A stretch of 60,470 nucleotides of DNA, counting the filler. It is 5 parts of 5 records of this genome, joined end to end, with 100 filler letters (N's around TTAATTAATTAA, not from the genome) between each part and the next. Parts side by side here need not be neighbours in the genome. Positions count along the whole stretch, not along the records: positions 21,779 to 43,976 come from DRR723986_6260; positions 44,077 to 52,886 come from DRR723986_6263; 3 more parts are not named here. One strand, given 5' to 3'. The notes under the pieces were generated by a model. The model worked only from the letters and a program-made list of their open reading frames with translations, did no database searches and was not told the DNA's origin. Positions 41,432 through 52,004 of this stretch are shown here, one piece after another. The position numbers were made by a program, and so were the translations under genes. The first letter of the stretch is position 1; every line of letters begins with the position of its first letter.

Positions 41432-43976
41432 TTACTCGGGTGCTACCCCCTGTAGTATGACAACTACGCGGTCGTCTTTCTGCTTCGACTTTAATACCCA
41501 AGCAGGCAGGAGTCGATCTCCTCGTTTCTTGCCAATGGCCTCCACGGCCGACGTCGCCGAATCGCGATCCGTGAACAAAACAATGTTTTGAGTGTTTTTG
41601 CTTTGCGGAGCTCCTGCCGGTTCTTCTTTTGGTTCGAAGAATTGAGCGACTCCCGGATCTGATTCAGCGATCTGGCTAAGCACCGAGGACGACGATGCAC
41701 CTGGGAGACTCAGCGTTGCGACAGGCACATCTATCGCACGTGGAATGCGGTTGCCTGCTGGCTTCAGGAATTGTCCAAGCTGGGACACTGTCGACTCAAC
41801 ACTTGACTCATCCCACTTCTCAGAGGCCAACATATAGCTATTCGTTGCCACCTGCGATACGAGGCTGCGTAGTTCTGGACTGCCAAATTCCCGTTTCGCG
41901 ATGACCGGAGGTGCCACTTCGACGGGTGCCCTTCCCTGAGGCGAAGGATCCGCCCCGCCTCGCTCAGGCATTGAGAATTGGTCGGCGTTCCCAGGTGAGG
42001 CTTCGCTTTCTGGCGCTACCGATTCGACACTATCCTCTGCAGAAACTTCGGGAAAAACCGACGCTTGAGCGGGCTCGGGCGCACGACTCTCCGGTTCAGA
42101 CATCTGCTCGTCGGGCAGAGCATCAGGAACTGAATTTTGTGGCGGACCACTTTTCTGATCCAGGCTTGGAGCATTAGCCGGGACTCCATTTTGGACCTGC
42201 GAGCCATTGCTTCCGGCAGCTTCGAGTTCCAAAGGCCCAGACGGAACTGGCAAACTTGGAATCGCCGCGCCTGCTTGTGCCCCCAATCCGTCTCCTGCAT
42301 CCTCAAGTACATTGCTGCCAGCAGCCGGATCGATCGCTGGCAAGTCTGCAGCGATCGGTGGCAACTCTAGCGGCTCGGCAGAGGAATTGCCCTCAACCGA
42401 TGGTGGCAGCGGTGCATCCGCCGCTTCATCGACTGGCGGCTCCGACGTACGCATTTGCATGCTTCTCGGACGAGGAGCATCATTCGCGGGCAAGGCAGAT
42501 GCCAAATCGCCTTCACCAGCAACTTCGCCAAATTTCGATGCCAACGTCTCAGGGCTGATTTCTGGAGCTTCATCATTGAAGGCAGCCTCACTCCCGGCAT
42601 CCCCGCCTCCTAATCCTCCGCCGCCGTTTCCACGACTACTGAGTCCAGCGTCCATCGCAGGCCCGGAATCGGCTATAGACTGCGAATCTTCAGATGCATC
42701 GCCAGCCAATGGACTTGGTGCGTCAGGTAACTGCAAGCTACTGGGATCGACGTAGGTGGGTGCTGGGGCTATTCCCGCCGATGGCTCGAGAGAAAAGTTC
42801 TCCGCTCCGCCCTCGGGAAGATATCCAACATCGCCGACATTGCTGTTTGGGGATTCAGGAGCACCTGTTCGATCCGCCGTGGAAACCTCGGGCGTGCCCT
42901 GCCACAAAACGTAGCCGATTGCGATCACTCCGATACCGGCAGCCGTGGCGGCCAATCGTTTCGCGGTACTGGACGTAAACCAGTGGTTGTTCTTCCGCCG
43001 CGAAGCTCGAATATTGTCTTCGACTGTTGCCGGCGGGGCGTCTTCTTCACCAACATCGTCATACCCAACAGGCTCGACCTCGCTCGATGGCTCTTCGTTT
43101 CGTTCGCCAGCCGCGTCGACATCCAATGGTTCATCTTCGTCCGTCAAAGCAGGCTCTTCCATGTCAGTTGCAACAGATGCTGCTTCCAGCTCTGCACCTG
43201 CAGCGTCTTCGCGTTGGTGTTCAAGCTCGTGTTCAAGTTCGTGTTCGTTTTCACCGTCCAGCACCGGTTCGATCGAGCCACCGACAAGCCCCGACGCCAC
43301 CTCACTGTTGGCAGCATCAGCCTCGCTTGACAGCACTTCGGAAAACGGCACTTCGGAAAGCGGCTCGTCAGCATAGGGGTCGGCATCAGAATCACCGACT
43401 TCACCGACCGCTTCCGGTGCTTCACCGAGCAATGATGTAGCAGCCCCCGCCTGCATCGGAGCTTCGTCGAGCACACTTTCGTTATCTCCATAGACGTCGC
43501 TGCCTTCAGCTTCGTCGTCGATGCTCTTTGCTTCATCTTCAAGATCGGAAGTTGCTGACGCCGAGGATTCGTTCAGCTCTGCCGTCTCCAGCAAGACCAT
43601 CTCCTCGGGAGGATCCTCCGATGCAGCAATCGGCTCTGAAGACAACCCCACCGTCTCCGAAGAAGATTGAGCCTCTGGCTCATGCTCTGCTTCCGAAACC
43701 TCCGGATGCGAATCTGATGCTTCGTGCGTTTCTGCTTCTCGATCTTCCCAATGCATCGCGGGCAGATCATCAACCGGCTGCAATTCGACCGGCCCCTCAG
43801 AAGCTATGTCACTCTTCGACACGCCCTCGGCTTCTGATTCGTCGTGCCCAGCGACTTCGCGAGCCTCGCCCGTGTCACCGTCTTGATCAACGAGCTGATG
43901 ATCTGGTTGTGGGTAATCAGCATATGAGTCGGCCGAAGCAACTGGTTCTTCGGCAACTGGCTCTTCGGCAACTGGC
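41432..43976 (-). CDS. Large acidic single-TM protein, 5'-truncated; PVAEE repeats at the contig edge
   Basis: The frame has no stop from 43822 up to the contig end. TM LAATAAGIGVIAIGYVLW follows the basic RRKNN segment. Confidence 0.75.
43938..43976 (-). repeat. 15-bp coding tandem repeat (PVAEE) truncated by the contig end
   Basis: GCAACTGGTTCTTCG GCAACTGGCTCTTCG GCAACTGGC on the plus strand. Confidence 0.8.
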
Positions 43977-44076
43977 NNNNNNNNNNNNNNNNNNNNNNNN
44001 NNNNNNNNNNNNNNNNNNNNTTAATTAATTAANNNNNNNNNNNNNNNNNNNNNNNNNNNNNNNNNNNNNNNNNNNN
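43977..44076. other. Artificial contig spacer
   Basis: N44-TTAATTAATTAA-N44. Confidence 0.99.
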
Positions 44077-44502
44077 GCCCGTGTTTTCCATGCTGGCCCA
44101 GGGTTCCGCCGGGGCCTTGGCCTCGCCTTCCTGAAGCAGCTCGATCGAGACGTTGTCCGGCGAGCGCACGAAGGCCATGTGACCGTCGCGCGGCGGGCGG
44201 TTGATGGTCACGCCGTTGTCCATCAGCGTCTGGCACATCGCGTAGATGTCCGGCACCGTGTAGGCGAGGTGGCCGAAGTGCCGCGAATCCGACGGCAGGC
44301 CCTCGTCGCCGTCCCAGTTGTAGGTCAATTCCACGTCCGCGTGGCCGTCCGCCTGATCCGGCGGGCAGAGAAAGACCAGCGTGAACCGGCCCTTGTCGTT
44401 CTCGATCCGGCGCCGCTCGGTCAGGCCCAGCAGCTTGTAGAATGCGATGGACGCGTCGAGGTCCTTCACCCGCACCATGGTGTGCAAGTACTTGATTCCC
44501 AT
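44077..44502 (-). CDS. gloA: Lactoylglutathione lyase (glyoxalase I, VOC family), last codons truncated
   Basis: Motifs YLHTMVRV, VELTYNWD, FGHLAY, RPPRDGHMAFVRSPDN and IELLQ. Confidence 0.9.
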
Positions 44503-44542
44503 AAGGTCTCCCTTCGCGGCCCCTGTCGGGCCGCAGTCGTTC

Positions 44543-45952
44543 CTAGAATACCGATCTCAGGCCAAGGCGCAGGTCCGTGCCCCGAGTCTCGTAGATGGTA
44601 TAATTGGACTCTCTGTCGCGGAAGGAAACCCCGACCTCGGGCGCAAAGCCGTAGTAATCCAGATCGGGCAGGGTCACGTCCAGCGACAGACCCCATTGCC
44701 GATCCTCGCGCGGGTCGGTCCAGAAGTCCGTCGGACCCATGTCAAAACTCGCCGCCTCATAGCTCAAAGAGAGCCGCGGCAGCATGCCTTTCACAGGCTT
44801 CGCCAAGGCATAGGTCAACACCGCGCGCGCGGTGTCCCGTGCGACGAAGGCCGAATCCGACTGGGTATCGGCCAAAATTAGATCCAGCCTCAGCATGCCG
44901 TGCTCAAATTGCTTGGACACGTTCACGCCGAGGTCCTTCGTTTCGGAGTCTCGGACCGAAAAATCGTGGCGCCTCTCACGCTCGATGCCGACACGGGCGC
45001 CCACGATCATCCCCGGCGTCACCGCACGCCCATAACTCAAGTCCAGCCGCGCCGTATCGGCAAGCGGCTTGGCCGCTTCCCATCTGCGCTCAAGCGAGAC
45101 CTCTGTCATCGCCAGCCAAAGCCCTCCTTGCCCGCGGGCTTCGTGGCTCGCAGAGAGGCGCAGGCGCTCCTTGCGGTAATCGCGGGCATCCACGTCCGGC
45201 ACCTTATCACGGGCCTCTTTCGAAAAGCGTACACGGGACACGTCAACGTTGATGCCGAAGTTCAGCCGCCGGTTCTCGGCCAGAGCGACCCGATAGAGGT
45301 AATCGGCTCCGACACTGTATTCGACACCCGACAGCGGGACGGCGGTCGGGTCAATCGCGGCACCGAGCGTGTTGGTCTTCGGGGCGTTGTTCAGATTGTC
45401 CGAGGGCGCTACGCTGAAATCCAGCGACAGCCGCCACGGCGTGATCCGGCGGACGTGGCGGAAGTCGCGCACCGCCGCCGCCCGGCTCGCCTCGTCCGGG
45501 GCGATCTGCGCGGCGCGGCGCAGCCAGTATTGCGCGATGGCCCGGTCGCCCTTGGACGACCGCGCCTGCGCCTGGATCATCGCGGCGAAAAACCGGTCCT
45601 CTTCCGTCGAGGCCGCTGCCCATGCCTTTTGCGCGGCCTCCACGGCCTCGGCGTCGCGGCCGAGGTCGCGCAGGGCGCGCGCGCGCAGCATCAGCGTCTG
45701 GGCGTGGTCCGGGTCGCCCAGCAGGGCGCCGTCCGCGATCATCAGCGCCGCCTCGGGACGGCCTTCCGCGAGGAAGCCCGCCGCCACGCGGCGCGCCTCG
45801 TCGAGGCTCAGCCGCGTCTCTTCCGCCCGCGCGAGCGAGACACCAAGGCCCAGAGCCAGCGCGAGGGCCAGAGAGAGCCAGCGCCCGGACCTCGAGGCCC
45901 GGGACCGGAAGGGACGCCACGCCCTTTGCAAGTAGGAGCTAGAGGCGACCAC
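44543..45952 (-). CDS. Surface lipoprotein assembly modifier (Slam/DUF560; TPR plus beta-barrel, type XI secretion)
   Basis: Signal peptide, TPR-like helices, PWRLSLDFSVAPSDNLNNA barrel start, YYGFAP, RESNYTIYE and terminal ...LRSVF. Start uncertain. Confidence 0.78.
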   Translation of the reverse strand: MVASSSYLQRAWRPFRSRASRSGRWLSLALALALGLGVSLARAEETRLSLDEARRVAAGFLAEGRPEAALMIADGALLGDPDHAQTLMLRARALRDLGRDAEAVEAAQKAWAAASTEEDRFFAAMIQAQARSSKGDRAIAQYWLRRAAQIAPDEASRAAAVRDFRHVRRITPWRLSLDFSVAPSDNLNNAPKTNTLGAAIDPTAVPLSGVEYSVGADYLYRVALAENRRLNFGINVDVSRVRFSKEARDKVPDVDARDYRKERLRLSASHEARGQGGLWLAMTEVSLERRWEAAKPLADTARLDLSYGRAVTPGMIVGARVGIERERRHDFSVRDSETKDLGVNVSKQFEHGMLRLDLILADTQSDSAFVARDTARAVLTYALAKPVKGMLPRLSLSYEAASFDMGPTDFWTDPREDRQWGLSLDVTLPDLDYYGFAPEVGVSFRDRESNYTIYETRGTDLRLGLRSVF

Positions 45953-45955
45953 GGG

Positions 45956-46993
45956 TCAGCGTTTGGCAACGAAGGAGCCGACTTCGCGGACTTCCACCTC
46001 GATATACTCGCCGCTCGTCGGGTCGATGCCGATGGGCGTCTCGTCGGTCACGACCACGATGCCTGCGATCTCTTCACCGTTAGGCCCGGCAAAAAGTCCA
46101 CTCCATTGCCCATCGGTGATAGGTAGATCCGCGCCAGCCTTTGATCCGTGTTCGTGGACCAACTGCGCATTGCCCGCGTCGATCGACCAGTTCTCGAAGT
46201 CGATGGTATTCGGATCGAGGCGGATGAAGGTAGCGTCACCGACCGTGTTGCCGTTGATGTCCGTCTCGTCGAGTTCCACGCCCAACGTATCGAAGACCTT
46301 TCGATCAAGGACGAGTCCCCGGACGCTTCCCGTTTCGTCGTAGTCTTCAATGTCTACCGTAATCTGCGTCGTGCCGGTGACATATTGAATTTCTTCCTGA
46401 GGACTGCGCGTGTCGGGATAAAGTGTACGGACCCCGGCATATTCGCCGTTGAAGACATAGGTAGCGTTTGCCACGGGAAGCGCGCCGGTGCCGGACAGAC
46501 GCTCTGCCCCGATGCCGCCAACGTCGATTGGACGCTGGAAGACAGTGGAACGAGAGCCCGCCGCCACGACCTGGGTGTAGTCCGAGCGTCGGAAGACCGC
46601 GTAGTATTCGTCAACCGTCACCGCGTTCTGATACGCGTCGAAGCTCGACCCCGCAGCCCGGATCCCGGCAGTAGCGCCCGCGTCCCGGTCGAACGGGTTC
46701 CTGTCGTCGAAGGTCATGTTGTTGAGCACAAGCTCGCCCGTCGCCGGATCGAACGCGATGTCGTTCATCGGCGCCGTGGTCTCGGCCCCGACGTTGGCGC
46801 CGTATTTGTCCGGCGAGGGGATCGGCTCGGGATCGGGTTCGGGTTCAGGCTCGGGGATCAGCGGTTGCTCGCCGTCGCCGATGCCGCCGGTGTCGCCGTC
46901 GGTCAGCGGATTGTCATCGTCGCCCCCGCCGCTGGACGAACTGCACGCCGATAGGGCGCCCGCAAGCGCGAGCGTCAGAAGGATTCGATACAT
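45956..46993 (-). CDS. Lipoprotein with a C-terminal TbpB-like beta-barrel (probable Slam cargo)
   Basis: Lipobox LSAC followed by SSSSGGG and a (PE)n linker; ATYVFNGEYAG, GQWSGLFAGPNGEEIAG and VGSFVAKR. Confidence 0.75.
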   Translation of the reverse strand: MYRILLTLALAGALSACSSSSGGGDDDNPLTDGDTGGIGDGEQPLIPEPEPEPDPEPIPSPDKYGANVGAETTAPMNDIAFDPATGELVLNNMTFDDRNPFDRDAGATAGIRAAGSSFDAYQNAVTVDEYYAVFRRSDYTQVVAAGSRSTVFQRPIDVGGIGAERLSGTGALPVANATYVFNGEYAGVRTLYPDTRSPQEEIQYVTGTTQITVDIEDYDETGSVRGLVLDRKVFDTLGVELDETDINGNTVGDATFIRLDPNTIDFENWSIDAGNAQLVHEHGSKAGADLPITDGQWSGLFAGPNGEEIAGIVVVTDETPIGIDPTSGEYIEVEVREVGSFVAKR

Positions 46994-47247
46994 GTCACTG
47001 CCTCAGGTCTTGCTTTTTTGTTTTGCAGGCAGCCTGCTGGCGGTGCGGCAAAAAGTCAATTCAGCCCGACCCTTGCGCGCCTCAGGTGAGGCATATTCGC
47101 CCCACTTCCGCCCAGACCATGGCTTTACCCTCGCGGCTGCCCACTGTATCTTGTGGCGAGCCGTTCCGACCCCCCTTCCGCTAGAGGCCGCCCGATGTCC
47201 GCGAGTTCCGCCCCTTGCCGCCTGTCGCCCCGCTGCGGCCTGTGACC

Positions 47248-48144
47248 ATGCGCCACCCCGAGCACCAGTACCTCGAGCTGATGGAGCGCGTCCTCACCTC
47301 TGGCGACGCGCGCACCGACCGCACCGGCGTGGGCACCCGCTCGGTCTTTGGCGCCATGCTGCGCTTCGACCTCTCCGACGGCACGGCGCCGATCCTGACC
47401 ACCAAGCGCGTCTACTGGAAGACCGCCGTGAAAGAGATGCTCTGGTTCCTGACCGGCGGCACCAACCTCCAGCCCCTGCTGAAGGAGAACGTGCGCATCT
47501 GGACCGACTGGCCGCTGGACAGCTACCGGCGCGAGACCGGCGAAGAGATCACGCAGGAGGCCTTCGAGGCGCGCATCGTCGAGGATGACGCCTTTGCCGC
47601 CCGCTGGGGAGACCTGGGGCCGGTCTACGGCAAGCAATGGCGCCGCTGGCTGGGCGCGGACGGGCGCGAATACGACCAGATCGCCACGCTGGTGCAGACC
47701 CTGCGCGAGAACCCCGCCAGCCGGCGGATGCTGTTCCACGGCTGGAACGTGCCGGAACTGGGTCAGATGGCGCTGCCGCCCTGCCACATGGTCTATCAAT
47801 ACCACGTCACCTCCACCGGGCAGCTGAACTGCCTGCTCTACCAGCGCTCCGTCGACCTGTTGCTGGGCGCGCCCTTCAACTTCGTCGGCGCCACGGCCCT
47901 GCAGGTGATGCTGGCGCAGCAGGCCGGGCTGACCCCCGGCGAGCTGGTCTGGGTCGGCGGCGACGTGCATCTCTACAGCAACCACCTCGATCAGGCGCGC
48001 GAACAGCTCTCGCGCACACCGCGCCCCCTGCCCAGTCTGCGCCTGACGCGGCAGGCGGCCAGCATCGACGACTACCGGATCGCGGATTTCGAGGTGACGG
48101 GCTACGACCCCCACGCCGCGATCAAGGCGGATGTCGCCGTCTGA
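47248..48144 (+). CDS. thyA: Thymidylate synthase
   Basis: Motifs DRTGVGT, EMLWFL, LGPVYGKQWR, MALPPCH, YQRSVD and GDVHLYSNH. Confidence 0.97.
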   Translation: MRHPEHQYLELMERVLTSGDARTDRTGVGTRSVFGAMLRFDLSDGTAPILTTKRVYWKTAVKEMLWFLTGGTNLQPLLKENVRIWTDWPLDSYRRETGEEITQEAFEARIVEDDAFAARWGDLGPVYGKQWRRWLGADGREYDQIATLVQTLRENPASRRMLFHGWNVPELGQMALPPCHMVYQYHVTSTGQLNCLLYQRSVDLLLGAPFNFVGATALQVMLAQQAGLTPGELVWVGGDVHLYSNHLDQAREQLSRTPRPLPSLRLTRQAASIDDYRIADFEVTGYDPHAAIKADVAV

Positions 48145-48536
48145 CCAAGCCATGCGGGCCCGCCCCTCCATGGCCGGTTTGTGACAAAAACCGATTGTAA
48201 AAGCGCGGAAATGCCACAACCATGCCCCGGAACACGAGTCAGGGGCCGGATGACCCATCACAGGACCATCGCCAGAGCGACAGCGCCCGGCCGCGCCGGA
48301 ACGGGCCCGGATGCCGGGCCTTCGCCCCTGTCGCGCGGGCCGATGGCCCATCTGTCTGCCGCCCTGCCCCGGCCGCCCTGCGCGCCCCGGGCGCCGCGGG
48401 CGGATCGCACCCGCCCCGTCAGAACCCATTTGCCCAAGACCGCTCTGGCCCTGACCTTGGAGGGGGTCGGGCCGCTGCGGGCGGAACACTGAATCAAGAA
48501 CGCGGCAAAACCGCCGCACCCAAGGGAGGAGACCAT

Positions 48537-49505
48537 ATGAAACACCACCTGACGCTGATGCTGGGGGCATCGGCCCTTGCCCTCATGTCCACCGGCGCGC
48601 AGGCGCAGGATTGCCCGCGCGGCGATCTGGACGCGCGCTACTGCGACGCCGACGGCGATCTGATCGCCGACATCCCCACCGATGAAAGCCAGTGGGTCGA
48701 CCCCGACACGCTGGTCTTCGCCTACACCCCGGTCGAGGATCCGGCGGTCTACAAGACCGCGTGGTCGGATTTCCTGACCCATCTCGAAGAGGTCACGGGC
48801 AAGGACGTGCTCTTCTTCCCGGTCCAGAACAACGCTGCCCAGATCGAGGCCATGCGCTCCGGCCGCCTGCACATCGCGGGCTTCAACACCGGGTCGAACC
48901 CGCTGGCGGTGAACTGCGCGGGCTTCCGCCCCTTCACCATCATGGCCTCCGAGGACGGCAACTTCGGCTACGAGATGGAGATCATCACCCATCCCGACAG
49001 CGGCATCGCCTCGGTCGAGGACATCAAGGGCAAGCAGATGGCCTTTACCGCGCCCACCTCGAACTCCGGCTTCAAGGCGCCCTCGGCGATCCTGAAGGCG
49101 GAATACGGGATGGAGGCCGAAAAGGACTTCGAGCCGGTCTTCTCGGGCAAGCACGACAACTCGATCCTCGGCGTCGCGAACAAGGACTATCCGGCGGCGG
49201 CCATCGCCAATTCGGTCATGCACCGGATGCTCGACCGCGAGGTCATCACCGAGGATCAGGTCACCTCGATCTACAAGTCGCAGACCTTCCCGACGACCGG
49301 CTTCGGCGTGGTCTACAACCTCAAGCCCGAGTTGCAGGACCAGATCAAGGAAGCCTTCTTCAGCTTCGAATGGGACGGCTCCACGCTTCAGGAAGAGTTC
49401 TCGAAATCCGACGAGGCGCAGTTCATCGAGATGACCTACCAGGAATTCTGGGAAGTGATCCGCAAGATCGACGCCGCCAACGGCGTGTCCTACGCCTGCC
49501 AGTAA
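48537..49505 (+). CDS. phnD: Phosphate/phosphite/phosphonate ABC substrate-binding protein (PhnD-like)
   Basis: GGAGG RBS, signal peptide, AQIEAMRSG, TSNSGFKAP and SGKHDNS. Confidence 0.85.
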   Translation: MKHHLTLMLGASALALMSTGAQAQDCPRGDLDARYCDADGDLIADIPTDESQWVDPDTLVFAYTPVEDPAVYKTAWSDFLTHLEEVTGKDVLFFPVQNNAAQIEAMRSGRLHIAGFNTGSNPLAVNCAGFRPFTIMASEDGNFGYEMEIITHPDSGIASVEDIKGKQMAFTAPTSNSGFKAPSAILKAEYGMEAEKDFEPVFSGKHDNSILGVANKDYPAAAIANSVMHRMLDREVITEDQVTSIYKSQTFPTTGFGVVYNLKPELQDQIKEAFFSFEWDGSTLQEEFSKSDEAQFIEMTYQEFWEVIRKIDAANGVSYACQ

Positions 49506-49574
49506 GACCCTTCCGATGAAACCCGGAACAGGGCGCGCGGGCCGCGTCCTGTTCCCAAAGGCATGAGGGCGGGA

Positions 49575-50366
49575 ATGCTGCGTCTCGAGAAACTGACGAA
49601 AACCTACAAGACGGGCGACATGGCCCTGAAAGCCATCGACCTCGACGTTCCCTCGGGGCAGGTGCTGGCGCTGATCGGGCCCTCGGGCGCGGGCAAGTCC
49701 ACCATGATCCGCTGCATCAACCGGCTGGTCGAACCGACCTCGGGCGCGGTGCTGCTGGACGGCACCGACCTGACGACGCTGGGCGCGGGCGCCCTGCGCC
49801 GGGCGCGGCGCGAGATGGGCATGATCTTTCAGGAATACGCGCTGGTCGAACGGCTGACGGTGATGGAGAACGTCCTGTCGGGCCGGCTTGGCTACGTCGG
49901 TTTCTGGCGGTCCTTCACGCGGCGCTTTCCGCAAAAGGACGTGGACGAGGCCTTTCGCCTGCTCGACCGCGTGGGCCTTCTGCACATGGCCGACAAGCGC
50001 GCGGATGAGCTTTCGGGCGGGCAGCGCCAGCGGGTCGGCATCTGCCGGGCGTTGATCCAGCAGCCGAAACTTCTGTTGGTGGACGAACCCACCGCCTCTC
50101 TCGACCCCAAGACCTCGCGCCAGATCATGCGCCTGATCTGCGAGCTTTGCGCAGAGCGCGGGCTGGCCGCGATCATCAACATCCACGACGTGGCGCTGGC
50201 GCAGATGTTCGTGCCGCGCGTCGTGGGCCTGCGCTTCGGAGAGATCGTCTTCGACGGGCTGCCGACCGCGCTGACCCCCGACAAGCTGACCGAGATCTAC
50301 GGCGAGGAGGATTGGGAGGCGACGATCCAGAAGGACGACGACACCGCCGTGGAGGCCGCGGAATGA
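49575..50366 (+). CDS. phnC: Phosphonate-type ABC ATP-binding protein
   Basis: Motifs [28 protein letters not shown] and NIHD. Confidence 0.9.
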   Translation: MLRLEKLTKTYKTGDMALKAIDLDVPSGQVLALIGPSGAGKSTMIRCINRLVEPTSGAVLLDGTDLTTLGAGALRRARREMGMIFQEYALVERLTVMENVLSGRLGYVGFWRSFTRRFPQKDVDEAFRLLDRVGLLHMADKRADELSGGQRQRVGICRALIQQPKLLLVDEPTASLDPKTSRQIMRLICELCAERGLAAIINIHDVALAQMFVPRVVGLRFGEIVFDGLPTALTPDKLTEIYGEEDWEATIQKDDDTAVEAAE

Positions 50367-51187
50367 GCGCCGGAACCCACCGCGAGCTCGACGACATGCT
50401 GGGGCGCGGCTGGCGCAAGCCGCCGCTCATTCGCAACACCGCCCTGCGCTGGGGCTTGCTGGCCGGCTTCGTGGTCTACCTGATCGCCGCCGTCTCGACG
50501 ATCCCGGTGGACTGGGGCCGCGTCTACGAAGGCCTCGACCGGGGCTGGCAATTCGTACTGGCCTTCACCCACCCCGATTTCGTCACCCGCTGGTCCGACA
50601 TCTGGGAAGGCCTCTCCGAGAGCATCATCATGACCGTCGCGGCCTCTGTGGTGGGCATCGCCATCTCCATCCCCATCGGGCTGGGCGCGGCGCGCAACAT
50701 CGCCCCCCTGCCCGTCTACATGGTCTGCCGCGCGATCATCGCCGTCAGCCGCGCCCTGCAGGAGATCATCGTGGCCATCCTTCTGGTCGCGATCTTCGGC
50801 TTCGGCCCGCTGGCGGGTTTCCTGACCCTCTCCTTCGCCACCATCGGCTTCCTGTCGAAGCTTCTGGCCGAGGACATAGAGGCGATGGACCGCGTGCAGG
50901 CCGAGGCGATCCGCGCCAGCGGCGCGCGCTGGATGCAGTGGATCAACTACGGTGTGCAGCCGCAGGTCATGCCGCGCCTCGTGGGCCTGTCGATGTACCG
51001 CATCGACATCAACTTCCGCGAAAGCGCCATCCTCGGCCTCGTCGGCGCGGGCGGCATCGGCGCCACGCTGAACACCGCCTTCGACCGCTATGAATACGAC
51101 ACGGCGGCGGCCATCCTGATCCTCATCATCGGGATCGTCATGGGGCTGGAGTATCTCTCCGGCGTCATCCGCGCGAGGGTCCAGTGA
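50363..51187 (+). CDS. phnE: Phosphonate-type ABC permease
   Basis: [11 protein letters not shown]...EAIRASGA and [18 protein letters not shown]. Confidence 0.9.
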   Translation: MSAGTHRELDDMLGRGWRKPPLIRNTALRWGLLAGFVVYLIAAVSTIPVDWGRVYEGLDRGWQFVLAFTHPDFVTRWSDIWEGLSESIIMTVAASVVGIAISIPIGLGAARNIAPLPVYMVCRAIIAVSRALQEIIVAILLVAIFGFGPLAGFLTLSFATIGFLSKLLAEDIEAMDRVQAEAIRASGARWMQWINYGVQPQVMPRLVGLSMYRIDINFRESAILGLVGAGGIGATLNTAFDRYEYDTAAAILILIIGIVMGLEYLSGVIRARVQ

Positions 51188-52002
51188 TGGTGGTGGCAAC
51201 GCAAAACGGCCAGCAGGTCTGGCGCCGCCGCACCACTGGGCAGGCCATGCTGCGCTGGTTCGGCTGGCTTCTGGGCCTCGCCGTCTTCCTGTTCTGCTGG
51301 CAGCGCATCTCGGGCGCGACCACGTGGTTCTTCGTCTGGGACGCGCCGCGCATCGCCGGCGACATCTGGGACCGCGCCACCCCGCCGCGCTGGGAATACA
51401 TCACCCAGCTGGGCCGCCCGATCTGGGACACGCTGAACATCGCCACGCTGGGCACGCTGATCTCGCTGGTACTGGCGATCCCGGTGGCCTTCCTCGCGGC
51501 GCGCAACACCACGCCCTCGCGGGTCTTCCTGCGCCCCATAGCCCTGCTGGTGATCGTCGCGACGCGGTCCATCAACTCGCTGATCTGGGCGCTCCTGCTG
51601 ATCGCCATCATCGGGCCGGGGGTCTTCGCGGGCGTCATCGCCATCGCCATCCGCTCCATCGGGTTCTGCGCCAAGCTGCTCTACGAGGCGATCGAAGAGA
51701 TCGACCACGCGCAGGTCGAGGCGGTGACCGCCACCGGCGCCAACCGCTGGCAGGTCATGGCCTATGGCATCCTGCCGCAGATCATGCCCGCGCTGGCGGG
51801 CGTCGCGGTCTTCCGCTGGGACATCAACATCCGCGAATCGACCGTGCTGGGGCTGGTCGGCGCGGGCGGCATCGGGCTGCAACTGCAAGGCTCGCTCAAC
51901 ACGCTGGCGTGGCCGCAGGTCTCGCTGATCCTGCTGGTGATCCTGCTGGCGGTGGTGATCTCGGAATGGGTCTCGGCCAAGGTGCGGGGAGCGATCATTT
52001 GA
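51187..52002 (+). CDS. phnE: Phosphonate-type ABC permease (second copy)
   Basis: KLLYEAIEEID and [20 protein letters not shown]. Confidence 0.9.
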   Translation: MVVATQNGQQVWRRRTTGQAMLRWFGWLLGLAVFLFCWQRISGATTWFFVWDAPRIAGDIWDRATPPRWEYITQLGRPIWDTLNIATLGTLISLVLAIPVAFLAARNTTPSRVFLRPIALLVIVATRSINSLIWALLLIAIIGPGVFAGVIAIAIRSIGFCAKLLYEAIEEIDHAQVEAVTATGANRWQVMAYGILPQIMPALAGVAVFRWDINIRESTVLGLVGAGGIGLQLQGSLNTLAWPQVSLILLVILLAVVISEWVSAKVRGAII

Positions 52003-52004
52003 CC

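Noticed and set aside
48145-48536. Pho box or riboswitch in the long GC-rich leader of phnD
   Set aside because: Only a single GTGACA half-site-like match at about 48181, with no 11-bp tandem repeat or recognisable aptamer.
48258-50186. 642-aa minus-strand ORF, and similar long antisense ORFs (47125-48570, 44900-46126, 50297-51199)
   Set aside because: These are GC-rich antisense shadows of clearly recognisable genes.
51324-52004. Apparent long N-terminal extension of the HAD hydrolase
   Set aside because: It overlaps phnE in another frame. The real start is near 52005.
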